Source: an uncultured Verrucomicrobiae bacterium (GTDB lineage Bacteria; Verrucomicrobiota; Verrucomicrobiia; Limisphaerales; Palsa-1400). Taken from it: DNA of 64,000 nt. Both the position numbers and the translations under genes were made by a program. This document shows positions 10,001 through 20,239 of the stretch, one piece after another (position 1 is the first letter of the stretch; each line of letters opens with the position of its first letter). The notes under the pieces were generated by a model. It had not been told where the DNA came from. It searched no databases and saw nothing but the letters and a program-made list of their open reading frames with translations. The stretch spans positions 2,784,001 through 2,848,000 of the forward strand of contig OY969763.1 of assembly GCA_963702845.1 (NCBI GenBank), in the 5' to 3' direction.

Positions 10001-13000
10001 CTGAGAGGAGTCCCACCTTTTGACCATTGATAGGTGAATGGCGCGTCGCCGGTTACAGCAATCGTGAACACGGCATTGGCGCCGGTCGCGACTGTCTTAT
10101 TCGCAGGAGCCGTCGCTGTGATAACGGGCGCCTGAACGGGACCAAAGCGGACGCCGCGCAGTAATTGATTAGGGCCGGCAGTCGATAACACGGTCGGCGT
10201 TGAACCGGAACCGCCATCAACAATGCGAACGAGACTGTTCGCCTGCGCCGCTGCTGTCGTTGCATAGAGAATCGCGCCAGTTACACCGGTGCCCCAGCTC
10301 GTGTTCGCGCTCCAATCTACCGTCAAACAACGAGCGCCATTGGTGCCCCCGGGTAGCGCTTGCAAAGTGTAAGCGTAGGTCCAGCCGCCGGAGGGGCTGT
10401 TGGTGTCGTAGCGTTCGATGCCACCCTTTTGAGAACCATCGTAGGTGCGGTCATCCGCGATGAAGACGGTTTTCAAATCTGGACTGACGGCGAAGTCCTG
10501 GAAGTTGGTGCCGTTCAACGGAGCCAGGAGCAACGATGAATTGGTACTGCCGTTCGCTGCGATTTTCGGCAAGCCCGCGCATACGTTCAGACCAACACTG
10601 CCGGAAGTATCGCAGTATACCAGATTGCCACCGACAATATCGACGCAGTGCGGACCAGCACCGCTGCTCGACGAAATACCCGGAACGCCGCCGCCATTCG
10701 AATAGCTCGCTCCCCACTGCACATACTTAACACCCGCGCTTCCGGCCGCGCCGGCCGTCCAGAAATTCGTTAAGCCGTCGTCCGAAACTGCCGCGCGTAC
10801 GAATTGATTTCCGCCGTTATTGATCCCTTTGTTCGTATACGTTAGCGCGTAGTACCCAAGTGCATTGACAGCACCGATGGCGCGGATCGCGCTGCTACCA
10901 TTATTGACGTTAAAGTTCGTCGACGGATACGCGACGTTGTAACCAATAAAGTTGATATAATTGGTGTTGGCCGAGCGCGTCAGAACGCTCTCGAAGATTC
11001 CATCCGACGATCCCATCGTCAGTAGCATGACATTTGTCCCAGTCGGCACTCCTTGGATGGATTGGTCAGTGCCGAACGCGGAGGTCGGCGTGTCGGGAAT
11101 CATGATCGTGCTGACATATCCACCACTGGTATCAAACTGATCAAGGTAAAGGGTGTTGCCAATGGTCGCGTTCAACGTCTGTGAACCGTCGCCGACGCGT
11201 GCGACAATCAGGTTTGCTGAGGACATTCGCAGGTAATCGGTCGAGACATTCAACGTGCCACTCGCCGTCGCCGGGATTCCAGCAGCATTATTCACGGTCA
11301 CAGCGTAAGTTCCCGCGTCACTCGTCTGAATACTGCTCAGCGTTAACACGCTTGTCGTTTGACCTAGAAGGTTATTGCCATTGTGCGTCCAGGAATAGGT
11401 GAAGGGCGATGTCCCGGTTGCGCTCGCTACAAACGCGAGGTGATCGCCGACTCTTTGTGTTCGCGTCGCTGGAGTTACGGAAACCGACGCTGGAACATTA
11501 ACCGTCAGGATGGCACTGCTACTGGTTGCGGTAGCGGTGCTAGCAGCGCTGGTAACTCTAACACTATAACTGCCAGCGTCCGTTGTTTGAGCGCCTGAGA
11601 TTGTAATTACCGAGGTCGCCGCGCCAGAAATCGAGCCGCCGTTGTTAAGCTGGTTGGCGCCCTTATACCACTGATAGTTCAGCGTGGGCGACCCGTTTGC
11701 GGTGACACTGAAATTAGCCGTATTGCCGAGTACCACAGCAGTTGAGGAAGGTGGTGTAACGACGTACGGATCATTCACCGTCAGCACTGCTGAGCTTGAA
11801 GTACTACCCGCTGTGTCGGTAATCAAAACCGTGTAACTGCCTGCATCTTGATAATTGACGCCTGAAATTGTCAGCGCCGAGGTCGTGGCACCCGAAACCG
11901 TCGCGCCCGAGCCGGAGATGCTGGCGCCATTGCTCAAGTTATTCGCACCCAGTTGCCATTGATACGACAAGCCAGTCGCGCCGGCCGCCGAAACGGTGAA
12001 TTTGGCGGTTTGGCCATAGTTGACGTTCGTATTGGCTGGCGGGGTGACAACACCCGGATCCGTAACTGTCAATGAAACGGTTGAACTGGTAACACTCGCA
12101 CCATAGACGTTCGACACCACACACGTGAACGTTTCACCACTGTCGGCTATTTGCGCGTTCCCGATCGTCAAATTAGCTGATTGTGATCCGGAAATAGTCG
12201 CACCCGTTGCACTTGGACTTGCGCCGTCAGTCAGGTTCGCTCCATTCATCTTCCATTGGTAGGTTACCGGCTGGCTGCCGTTCGCTGTCACCGAGAAGTT
12301 TGCCGATCCGGTGGGATACGTAACCTGCGGCGTCGGCTGCGAGGAAATGGAAGGATCAGAAACTGTAATGACTGCAGGCGAGCTGGTGATGGAAGAAATC
12401 GCATCTGTGGCAATAGCGGTGTAACTAGCCGAATCCTGTGAAGTTACTCCAGCGATTGTCAGTGAGGCTGTTTGCGAGCCAGAGACAACCGCGCCGTCAG
12501 GCAAGGTGCTGTCGGTGAGGTTCACACCATTGCGTTGCCACTGGTAACCGTTCATCGTAATACCACCGGCAACCGCCTTGGCACTGAGCGTCACGGTAGT
12601 GCCCAATGCGTAGGTACCCGAAGCAGGTTGGTTGGTGAACTCAGGGCCGCCGGTGACATATGCCCACGTCGTTCCCATGCGCATACTTCCTATCACAACG
12701 CCATTCGTTGGAGTGCTGTTGGCACCGCGTGCCAACATAAACCAACCTGCCGCGTTGGTAAGAATTCCGCCGCCGTTTGGAACCAGATGATTCACCAATT
12801 CGGTTGGCGGTGTGGCTATGCCGAATGAAGCTGTCGGCGGATCAACCCACAAACGCATCCAGTCATTTGTTACCGTGTTGGAAGTATTAGTTCCGCCAAA
12901 TTCATAGCTCATAACCACGAAATAAGTCGTGTTGCTGATCATGTATCCGTTGTTATTCGGGATTGGCGAGGCCAGCAAATTCGTGGATTTGGCGGCGGTA

Positions 13001-13635
13001 CCGAAGCCGCCACTGCTGTCACCCCAACCAATCTGGAATGCATTTGTCCCAATGTTGCTCCCATTAACGTTATTACTACTCGCCCAGAAAAACCGCGCGG
13101 TATTACCATTGACAGAGCCGTTGAACGTTTGTGTCACTTGTCCGCTTGGCACCATCCCCATCAGATATATACCTGACCCAGCAGCATTCGCGGTCGGAAG
13201 ACTCATTAGAAACGACACGTAAACTTTGTTGGTCGTACTGGTGTTCGACGGCGGATATACGACTTTGCTGAAATTGAGCGTCGCTCCAGGACCATTGCTG
13301 CTGCTACTTCCGATGTTCGGCAAGAATGCGCATTGATTCGGCTCGGGGAATCCGGAGGGAATCTGCGAAACACCGAGCGCGTTGGTGTAATGCAGGGTAA
13401 TATTGGTGATTGAGACCGGTAATTTGGTAGCGGCAGGGCTGCCGGCAAACCAGAACTCTCCCATGCCGTTCGTCTGGTTAGCCAATTGCGCTTTGTTGGT
13501 GTAACTGGTGGTTGCCGACCAACCGTTGGTATCGCCGACCGTGGAGTTTGTTATGCTGACAAACGGTTCGTATGTAGGAAACGCGAATAGCGTCGGCGCG
13601 ATCGCCAGCGCCAGTAAGGTGAGGGTCTTTTTCAT
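7048..13635 (-). CDS. Giant secreted protein (~2195 aa): N-terminal domain, many Ig-like repeats, one propeller-like domain, C-terminal B-repeat-like domain
   Basis: Signal peptide MKKTLTLLALAIAP; repeated QP..FSV.A.G..P.TYQW.K.G...L.I......D.G.Y.V.V.N Ig motif; domain from NLIVARVGDG to NQLLRGVRFGP. Confidence 0.9.
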   Translation of the reverse strand: MKKTLTLLALAIAPTLFAFPTYEPFVSITNSTVGDTNGWSATTSYTNKAQLANQTNGMGEFWFAGSPAATKLPVSITNITLHYTNALGVSQIPSGFPEPNQCAFLPNIGSSSSNGPGATLNFSKVVYPPSNTSTTNKVYVSFLMSLPTANAAGSGIYLMGMVPSGQVTQTFNGSVNGNTARFFWASSNNVNGSNIGTNAFQIGWGDSSGGFGTAAKSTNLLASPIPNNNGYMISNTTYFVVMSYEFGGTNTSNTVTNDWMRLWVDPPTASFGIATPPTELVNHLVPNGGGILTNAAGWFMLARGANSTPTNGVVIGSMRMGTTWAYVTGGPEFTNQPASGTYALGTTVTLSAKAVAGGITMNGYQWQRNGVNLTDSTLPDGAVVSGSQTASLTIAGVTSQDSASYTAIATDAISSITSSPAVITVSDPSISSQPTPQVTYPTGSANFSVTANGSQPVTYQWKMNGANLTDGASPSATGATISGSQSANLTIGNAQIADSGETFTCVVSNVYGASVTSSTVSLTVTDPGVVTPPANTNVNYGQTAKFTVSAAGATGLSYQWQLGANNLSNGASISGSGATVSGATTSALTISGVNYQDAGSYTVLITDTAGSTSSSAVLTVNDPYVVTPPSSTAVVLGNTANFSVTANGSPTLNYQWYKGANQLNNGGSISGAATSVITISGAQTTDAGSYSVRVTSAASTATATSSSAILTVNVPASVSVTPATRTQRVGDHLAFVASATGTSPFTYSWTHNGNNLLGQTTSVLTLSSIQTSDAGTYAVTVNNAAGIPATASGTLNVSTDYLRMSSANLIVARVGDGSQTLNATIGNTLYLDQFDTSGGYVSTIMIPDTPTSAFGTDQSIQGVPTGTNVMLLTMGSSDGIFESVLTRSANTNYINFIGYNVAYPSTNFNVNNGSSAIRAIGAVNALGYYALTYTNKGINNGGNQFVRAAVSDDGLTNFWTAGAAGSAGVKYVQWGASYSNGGGVPGISSSSGAGPHCVDIVGGNLVYCDTSGSVGLNVCAGLPKIAANGSTNSSLLLAPLNGTNFQDFAVSPDLKTVFIADDRTYDGSQKGGIERYDTNSPSGGWTYAYTLQALPGGTNGARCLTVDWSANTSWGTGVTGAILYATTAAAQANSLVRIVDGGSGSTPTVLSTAGPNQLLRGVRFGPVQAPVITATAPANKTVATGANAVFTIAVTGDAPFTYQWSKGGTPLSNGGNIVGATTSALTITGASAADIDTYTVVVSDAIPSSVTNSATLTVIDGVTITSPPASATANYGDTVTFSATATGGGTITYKWKKNGVNLTDGGIVSGSSTPSLTLTGVAFADHGSYTIAVTNEASSASSTAILTVNDPLVVTSPANVSANAGDNIGFACIATGSGTLTYAWSLNGTPLIDGAGASGASYSGTHTAALSINGVLQGDEGSFTCTVSGSGTPATTAAATLTVQDPVITANPVSLTRATGHSATFSVTAIGTGLTYQWLKDNNPISGETAASTTIASVTSGDTGAYSCVVTGPDGSPTSFAASLTVIDPVALTGPDNATNGFAQTTVFTVVANGTAPFTYSWIKDGNPVTDNGTTIVGATSASLTITNLQDSDAGSYTVTANNADSTASATATLVVIDPFIVVNPQNTTVNCGGGTCLAVVATSSDALTYQWFTPDANGTAITDATNSTLCFTNVDALSAGRFAVVVTGTSGSVTSAVAIVAVNACGPGIIGQPVGQTINAGTTLTLTVVATGLDATYQWSKDNIAIDGATNAIYSKTDVTGADSGSYVCAVTANNITQSTTAAVVSVNDPAVNIQPVNVVATTKSNITFSITAGGTGPLTYQWYFVKNGTTTPKKMVKSATIPAVTNATLSINNVANAANGGSYYCTVTNSLHSGATSISATLTVYDAPLVKIAPPSKTLLAGFNYTMVAKVTKGALNQTLSYQWNKNGNAISGATTSTYSLVDVQTANTAVYSCVVSNNSPTGGTASLSLTVTQDTEVPKVVLLLKPTDMAAKHALTTNDVPVDPTGTNHAPDVDFLGKAVDKGLIVSAWVSNAVNQAVFPATFVKKVTDLTATNTAAGKPAFFLSHVSMVDGTNIFWGLATDSDGNTSTTTKGTHMFFIANPQALTLATSGTGRITSVTDATSKNWGNPTNTAVLAVGHNYTIKATPIGRGITFQKWTVSDSTGPLADQLANPLTFTMSLGRTNTAVFSNHP

Positions 13636-13658
13636 ACTGGTTTTTTGGGATGTCCCCA

Positions 13659-13684
13659 TCAGGCTGAATACCGATTCAGCCTGA
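13659..13684. other. Perfect 11-bp intergenic hairpin between the two giant genes
   Basis: TCAGGCTGAAT-accg-ATTCAGCCTGA, no adjacent U-tract. Confidence 0.6.
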
Positions 13685-13737
13685 AGGCGTAGTTTTGGTT
13701 TTAGGGTCTTGGTTTTGAGACTCAGGGTTACTGGGAA

Positions 13738-16700
13738 CTACGGAATCGTAATCGTGTAAAACTGCTGTTTGAATGCAGGAGCGTTAGTATCGGTAAAACT
13801 GTCGGCGCCCCCAGTGAAGGCTCCGTTGGCCAACAAAGTCCAAGTCGATGTAATCGGTTTCAGCGCGACGTTGGTACTGCCCCACACCCGGTAGCTGCTG
13901 CCGGCGGTTCCGCTGAAATTAAGTTGCACCGTTTTGTCAGGGTTCACGACCACGGGACTCGTGCCACCGCCACCGAATTGCGAGAAGACAACTGTTAAAG
14001 CCCCAGCGGTGCTCGTGGCAGAACCGCTCGGATTTGGATTGCTGACAATCACGCTGAAATTGTCGCTTGAATCACCCACTGCGACATGGCTTACGGTCAA
14101 GACCGCGCTGGTGGATCCTGAAATGATTGCGCCGGTGCCTGATGGACTCGGGCCGTCGGTTAATGGATTGCCGTTGCGTTGCCACTGATATGTAAACGGT
14201 CCGCCCGCAGCAGAAACGGTAAAGGTCGCGCTCGTACCGACACCGGCAGTTACATTTTGTGGTGGAGTCACGATGGTCACGCCCGCCGGACCAGGACCGA
14301 AACGCATGCCGCGATACAATTGGTTCGGGCCCGCTGCCGCAAGGACCGTCCCAGTCGACCCAGGACCATTGTCAACAATTCGGACAATGCGATTTGTCGA
14401 TGCTTCCGACGTGGTCGCATAAATGACGGCGCCATTGACGCTTGGTCCCCAGCTTCCGCTGGCGCTGTAATCGACGACGATGCAGCGCGCGCCCCCCAAA
14501 GAATTGCCACCCGTCGCAAGTGTATAGGACAGGACGTAAGTTCCGCCGACATTGTCCCAGCGTTCGATTCCGCCATAACCCGCGCCGGTGGTGTAATTTT
14601 CGTCATCCGCGATATAAACCGTCGCCACGTCCGGGCTGATTGAAAAGTCGTTAGGGCTCGCCGTCGGCCCCACGTTGATAACCAACGTCGGGGTAGCCGT
14701 AGTGTTGGGCAAACCTGTCAACGCATTCAATCCAGTCATGCCGTTATCACCAACGTCGGTAAACGCAAGGTTACCATGCGGCGTGATGTCAACGACGCGA
14801 GTTCCGGACAAGCCGCCGGCAATCGCAGTGGTTGCCCCGCCGTTGTGCAGGTACTTCATGCCTGCAACGGTGCTCGCCGAACCTGTCGTCCAGAACTGGC
14901 TAATGCCATCAGATGATACAGCGCAACGGAATTGCGTGCTGGCGTTGTAGAGCCCCACGTTGGTAATTGCCAGGGAATAGGCGCCGTAGGCGTCGACCGC
15001 AGCCATGCCACGGACCGTGCCGGCATTTCCATTGCCATAGCCAACGCCGGTCGGTCCATTATAGGGCTGCGATACGTTGAATCCGGACAAGTTCAAATAA
15101 CTGGCGTTTTGTGACAACGTCATCACGTTTTCGGTCAACGCATCCGAACCACCAGCACCGATCAGCGCATTGGGCAACGTGTCCGGGATCATGATCGTGT
15201 TGACGTACGTGCCGTTGGGTTTGAATTGATCGAGATAAATGGTGTTCCCTGTAAAACTGCTCAATCCCTGTGAGCCGTCGCCGACGCGCACTGCGACAAT
15301 GTTCGTTGGATAGAGATTCTGCAAACCAGAGGTGACGGTCAATGTCGCCGAGTTGGTTACTGAGCCGTTCGGAGTTGTAATCCTCACGGCATAAGTTCCC
15401 GAATCGGAAGTTTGGATGTTGCTCAGCGCAAGAACGTTGTTCGTTCCGGAAATCGGCGAGCCATTCTTCGTCCAGGAGTAAGTAAATGGCGGAGTCCCGA
15501 GTGCCACGACTGTAAAAGCCATGTGATCACCGGCAGTTTCGACGCGCGATTGCAACGGGGTCAGCACCACCGGCGGCGCCGCGATGACGGAAACGACCGC
15601 AACCTGGCTGGTCGCACCGCTCGGCAGCGGATCACTGACGACGACGGAATAGCTGCCAGAATCAGAAGTTTGGGCGTTGGTGATCGAAAGGACGGAGTCG
15701 GTCGCGCCTGAGAGATTAACTCCGTTCTTTTTCCATTGATATGAGAACGGAGCATCACCAGTTGCGGCGACGCTCAGGCTGACGGTCTGCGCGACGAAGT
15801 TGGTTTGGGTTTGCGGCTGTGTGGTAATCTGTATAGGCACTGCCACGGGGCCAAAACGCACACCGCGCAAAATCTGGTTGGGTCCGGCTGCGGTCAGGAC
15901 ACTCGCGGCTGAACCTGAGCCGTTATCGACAATTTTAACGAGGCTATTATTTTTGCCCGAAGTGGTCGCGTAGATGATTGCGCCGTTGACACCAGGTCCC
16001 CATACCGTATTCGCGCTAAAATCAACAGTCATACAAGAAGCACCGTTTGTTCCCGCGCCCGACGCCAGAGTGTAACTATAGGTCCATCCACCGGAGGCGC
16101 TGTTCGTGTCCCAACGTTGGATTCCGCCCGCTTGCGTGCCGTCATAAACGCGATCATCCGCGATATAGATCGTTTGCAGATCCGGGCTCGCTGCAAAATC
16201 AACGGGACTGCCGCCCTGATTGAGAACCAGTGTTGATGCTACTGTTCCACTAGTTGGTTTAGGCAATCCATTGAAAGCATTAAGACCGATATTGTTAGTT
16301 GAATCTGTAAAGACGACATTGCCGCCGACGATGTCTACCACGCGAGTGCCAGGACCGCTGCCTGAAAGCCCGGGCACGCCGCTTCCTGTGGCATAGCTCG
16401 CAACACCGACCTGCACATACTTGAGCCCTCCTGAACTTGCCGCACCTGTCGTCCAGAAATCTACCAGCCCATCGTCTGAAACAGCGGAGCGAATGAATTG
16501 ACTGCCGCCGGAATAAAGGCCGAAATTGGTGTAAGCCAATTGGTAATAACCAATGGCATTCACCGCACCGATGCCGCGAATATCTGCCGTGCCGTTAATC
16601 GGATTGGCGACAGCGGGGATGGATACATTGTAAGCTGCAAAATTAAGGTATTGTTGATTGGCAGAACGGGTCAGCACATTTTCGTAAAACGCATCAGCTC

Positions 16701-19230
16701 CCGCGCCAAGCGCGCTCAACATCACGTTCTGGCCGATGTTCACACCGGCAATCGATTGCGACCCGAACGATGCCGTTGGCGCGTCTGGAATCATAATGGT
16801 GCTGACGTAACTACCGTCAGTCTGGAACTGGTCGAGATAAAGCGTGTTTCCAGTGGTGTTGTTCAAACTTTGCGCGCCGTCACCTACTCGCGATACGATC
16901 AGATTGTTCGTCTGCAAGCGGATCAAATTCGTAACGACGTTCAACGTCGCGCTCGCGCTCGGACCTGTTCCAGCCGCGTTGCTGATCGTGACTGAATAAG
17001 TTCCAGCACTGCCAAGTTGGATATTTGCCAAATTCAGCGCGCTCGAGGTTTGACTTGGGATGGCCGTTCCGTTCTGTGACCACGTATATGAGAACGGGCC
17101 GGTGCCGGAAGCAGTTACTACAATAGCAAGATGGTCTCCGACGCGTTGGGTGCGCGTGGCGGGGAAAATAGAACTGATTGTCGCAGGCACAACCGCTGTG
17201 AAAACAGCATTGCTGCTGGTGACAACCTGGCCGCTCGGACCAGAAACAGTCACTGAATAGGTTCCTGAATCAGCGACAGTCGCAGTAGAAATAGTGAGAG
17301 TCGCTGCTGTCGAACCGGAAAGTGTCGAGCCATTTCCAGTGTCGCCGTTTGCTAAGGGAGTCGCTCCTTTGAACCACTGGTATGTCGGGGTCGGCGAGCC
17401 CGCCACCGTAACTGACAAATTGCCAGTCGTCCCCGCCGCAACGCTGGAGGAAACCGGCTGCGTAACAATGTAAGGGTCGTTAACCGTCAATGTTGCTGGG
17501 GAACTTGTGGCGGAATGCGGCTGCGAATCCCCGTGGTTGTTGGTTACGACGCAACTGTAACTGGTCTGGTCTGTATAAGCGACACTGCTCAACGTTAGTG
17601 TGGCGGTTTTTGTCCCAGTCACTGTGCCGCCGCCACCAGTTGGCGCGCCTTCAGCGAGGTTTACGCCATTGGCCTGCCATTGATAGCTAAACGGTGCCGT
17701 TCCACCGGCAATGATACTGAACCCAGCAGTCTGCCCGTAATTCACCGTGACATTCGTAGGCTGGCTCGTAACGACCGGATCTTGCACCACCAGAACCGCG
17801 TCGGAACTGGTCACTGAACCGCCCAAGGTATTGTTAACGACAACCGAGTAAGACGCCGAATCCGCAGTGGTGACATGTAAAAGTGTCAGCGTGGCGCTTT
17901 GCGACCCAACGATATGAGTCCCATTGTCGGCCAGATTGGAGCCGTTGATACGCCATTGATAAGTTATTCCTGTGCCATAAGCAGTAACACCAATGATGGC
18001 ATTTTGGCCTGTAGGAACATTTTGACTGGGAGGTTGCACGGCGATGTAAGGATCATTGACCGTGATCACCGCCACCGAACTGGTAATAGAAAAATTATTG
18101 ATCGGAGTGCTGGCAACGACCGAATAACTGTCGGCATCATGTGCCTGAGTTACGCCGGTAAGAGTCAAAACCGCCGTTTTTGCGCCGGACACATTCCCGC
18201 CGTTGCTCATTGGGGTTGCGCCCTTATACCACTGATAAGAAAGCGCCGTGCCGGAGGATGCCACACCGACTTTGATAACCGCGTTGCTCCCGGCGTTGAC
18301 GACCTGGTTTGTAGGCTGGTTAGTGATAGAGGCACCGCCGGTCACGTAAGCCCAGGTATCGCCAATACGAAATTCTCCGATGACAGTAGTCTTGGGAGCG
18401 GTCGTGAAGGCATTACCGAGCAAAAACCGAAAAATAGTTGGCGTGGCGCCAATCCCGTTTCCGTTAACAAACATTGTCGGTGCCGGTGCGGTTGCGGAAG
18501 CGAACGTTGTCGACGAAGGGTTGACCCAGCACGCGCCAGTCGCAGTGGCAGTGCTGGAATTGGTTATGTACTGCATCACGACAAAAACGACTTCATTGGT
18601 CGAGTGAGTCACAGGACTGCCGCCGGAAGTTTCGAACGAATAAGCGGTAGTGGAACTATTGGCGACGGCGAGTTGGTAGTGTTGGTTGTCGGCGCCTTGT
18701 CTCAACGCAAGCTTTCCAGCGAGTGAGGACGGAGTATTTGCCTGAGAAGTATTGCCGTTGTTGGCGTCATTGAACGCAGTGACCCAGGGAAGGGCACTTG
18801 TTGCCGTAGACGCGGGGAGCGAACTGGCGTCGGCGACTTGAAGGAGATAGGATACAAAAACGTTGGTGAATCCCCCGCTCCCTTTTTGAATCACTAAACC
18901 CGCGCCCGGCGCGTTGACATTTGTCAACACCACGGCTTTGCCGGAAGGCGCTGGAAACCCAGCGGGGAAACCGCCGTAAGTAAGATTGCTGTTGGCAACT
19001 CTCACAAAATTGGCACCGGGACTTGTGGTGGTATTAATCCCGAACCAAATATCGCCGTTAATGTTAGTTTGGCCGCCCACGTTGGGGGAATTGGTTCCGC
19101 CTAGAGGCGAGCCGGCGAGATACAAACTTCCACCGCCAGCGCTAGCATCAGAAAATTGGTCAAACGTTGGGTAACAAACCGCGACTGAAGCGGAGCTTAA
19201 CAGCAGTGATAGGATAAATAATTTCTTCAT
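13738..19230 (-). CDS. Giant secreted Ig-repeat protein (1830 aa) with two propeller-like domains; paralog of the downstream gene
   Basis: Signal peptide; Ig motifs; two copies of the RVGDG...GNT.YLDQF...RG.RFGP domain; C-terminal FSG..G.SY.V..STN...W...SFTD.....QFY domain. Confidence 0.9.
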   Translation of the reverse strand: MKKLFILSLLLSSASVAVCYPTFDQFSDASAGGGSLYLAGSPLGGTNSPNVGGQTNINGDIWFGINTTTSPGANFVRVANSNLTYGGFPAGFPAPSGKAVVLTNVNAPGAGLVIQKGSGGFTNVFVSYLLQVADASSLPASTATSALPWVTAFNDANNGNTSQANTPSSLAGKLALRQGADNQHYQLAVANSSTTAYSFETSGGSPVTHSTNEVVFVVMQYITNSSTATATGACWVNPSSTTFASATAPAPTMFVNGNGIGATPTIFRFLLGNAFTTAPKTTVIGEFRIGDTWAYVTGGASITNQPTNQVVNAGSNAVIKVGVASSGTALSYQWYKGATPMSNGGNVSGAKTAVLTLTGVTQAHDADSYSVVASTPINNFSITSSVAVITVNDPYIAVQPPSQNVPTGQNAIIGVTAYGTGITYQWRINGSNLADNGTHIVGSQSATLTLLHVTTADSASYSVVVNNTLGGSVTSSDAVLVVQDPVVTSQPTNVTVNYGQTAGFSIIAGGTAPFSYQWQANGVNLAEGAPTGGGGTVTGTKTATLTLSSVAYTDQTSYSCVVTNNHGDSQPHSATSSPATLTVNDPYIVTQPVSSSVAAGTTGNLSVTVAGSPTPTYQWFKGATPLANGDTGNGSTLSGSTAATLTISTATVADSGTYSVTVSGPSGQVVTSSNAVFTAVVPATISSIFPATRTQRVGDHLAIVVTASGTGPFSYTWSQNGTAIPSQTSSALNLANIQLGSAGTYSVTISNAAGTGPSASATLNVVTNLIRLQTNNLIVSRVGDGAQSLNNTTGNTLYLDQFQTDGSYVSTIMIPDAPTASFGSQSIAGVNIGQNVMLSALGAGADAFYENVLTRSANQQYLNFAAYNVSIPAVANPINGTADIRGIGAVNAIGYYQLAYTNFGLYSGGSQFIRSAVSDDGLVDFWTTGAASSGGLKYVQVGVASYATGSGVPGLSGSGPGTRVVDIVGGNVVFTDSTNNIGLNAFNGLPKPTSGTVASTLVLNQGGSPVDFAASPDLQTIYIADDRVYDGTQAGGIQRWDTNSASGGWTYSYTLASGAGTNGASCMTVDFSANTVWGPGVNGAIIYATTSGKNNSLVKIVDNGSGSAASVLTAAGPNQILRGVRFGPVAVPIQITTQPQTQTNFVAQTVSLSVAATGDAPFSYQWKKNGVNLSGATDSVLSITNAQTSDSGSYSVVVSDPLPSGATSQVAVVSVIAAPPVVLTPLQSRVETAGDHMAFTVVALGTPPFTYSWTKNGSPISGTNNVLALSNIQTSDSGTYAVRITTPNGSVTNSATLTVTSGLQNLYPTNIVAVRVGDGSQGLSSFTGNTIYLDQFKPNGTYVNTIMIPDTLPNALIGAGGSDALTENVMTLSQNASYLNLSGFNVSQPYNGPTGVGYGNGNAGTVRGMAAVDAYGAYSLAITNVGLYNASTQFRCAVSSDGISQFWTTGSASTVAGMKYLHNGGATTAIAGGLSGTRVVDITPHGNLAFTDVGDNGMTGLNALTGLPNTTATPTLVINVGPTASPNDFSISPDVATVYIADDENYTTGAGYGGIERWDNVGGTYVLSYTLATGGNSLGGARCIVVDYSASGSWGPSVNGAVIYATTSEASTNRIVRIVDNGPGSTGTVLAAAGPNQLYRGMRFGPGPAGVTIVTPPQNVTAGVGTSATFTVSAAGGPFTYQWQRNGNPLTDGPSPSGTGAIISGSTSAVLTVSHVAVGDSSDNFSVIVSNPNPSGSATSTAGALTVVFSQFGGGGTSPVVVNPDKTVQLNFSGTAGSSYRVWGSTNVALKPITSTWTLLANGAFTGGADSFTDTNAPAFKQQFYTITIP

Positions 19231-19277
19231 AGGGTCAAAAGGGTATGTGTAGTGATGAAAAAAATTAGGGTAATGAG

Positions 19278-20081
19278 TTACAAGCCAGAAGTTGTGTTCA
19301 GGGAAACAGTTGTATGTTCAACAATCCAAATTGCGTCGGGATTGTTCGGGACGCTTTTAGGAGTTGCATTCCAAAATGCCTGAGTTTGCCAATGTTTTCC
19401 TTCAACATGGCCGTCAGCGAAAGAAAAGCCGCAGGTCTTACCGTGGGTGCTGCTTGGCCAATCCTGGACGGTGAGACTGCCGTAATTGGCCGGGAGGTAC
19501 ATCAACACCTCGAAGAAATCGTCGTTAATCGAACTCGGTAGTTCATCGACAAACACAAATGAATCGGACGGTTTGCGAATCTGGGTGATTTTGTCGTACC
19601 ACCAAAATTGGTTCGAATTGATACTGCCAGGATTGCCATAGCCATGCATGTAGTTGTTCATGGAGATACTGCGAACGCGGAATGTGCCGGCTGGATTGCC
19701 CGGATCAGCGGGGCATCGGTAAGCGTTCACGTTCTTGATCCATGGTCCCAACAGTGATTGTTTGAGAATGTCTGCATTCTGCGCCTGCGGCAGAGTGTCA
19801 ACCCGGCCCCAGGCCCAGCAGCTATTTGTCGTATTGTTTATCCACGGCAGTTGATTGAAACCGACATTGGGCACCAATTGTTGACGGTACTCATCAGCGT
19901 AGATAATCCACGCAAGCTGGCACTGCTTGAGGTTGTTTTTGCAGTAGGTGAGCTGTGCTTTGCGTTTAGCGTTGGCCAGCGTGGGAAGGAGCATCGAGGC
20001 CAGAATTGCGATGATTGCAATAACAACGAGTAACTCAATGAGGGTGAAACCTTCTAACCGGGCGATGCGTATCAGTCGCAT
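19278..20081 (-). CDS. Prepilin-type N-methylation protein (DUF1559 / H-X9-DG type)
   Basis: [49 protein letters not shown]. Confidence 0.92.
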   Translation of the reverse strand: MRLIRIARLEGFTLIELLVVIAIIAILASMLLPTLANAKRKAQLTYCKNNLKQCQLAWIIYADEYRQQLVPNVGFNQLPWINNTTNSCWAWGRVDTLPQAQNADILKQSLLGPWIKNVNAYRCPADPGNPAGTFRVRSISMNNYMHGYGNPGSINSNQFWWYDKITQIRKPSDSFVFVDELPSSINDDFFEVLMYLPANYGSLTVQDWPSSTHGKTCGFSFADGHVEGKHWQTQAFWNATPKSVPNNPDAIWIVEHTTVSLNTTSGL

Positions 20082-20239
20082 ATTTGACAAGGAAATGGGC
20101 TTAGAGCGAAGGTGCCCAGCCGCAGATGGATTGTCAATTAGTTTTTTCACTTTCGAAATAAATAGCTTTTTGAAAGCTATTTTAATTAAGTAATACGGGT
20201 CTGGGTTCTTTTTAGGGTTAGTTACCTAATCGCAATTTT

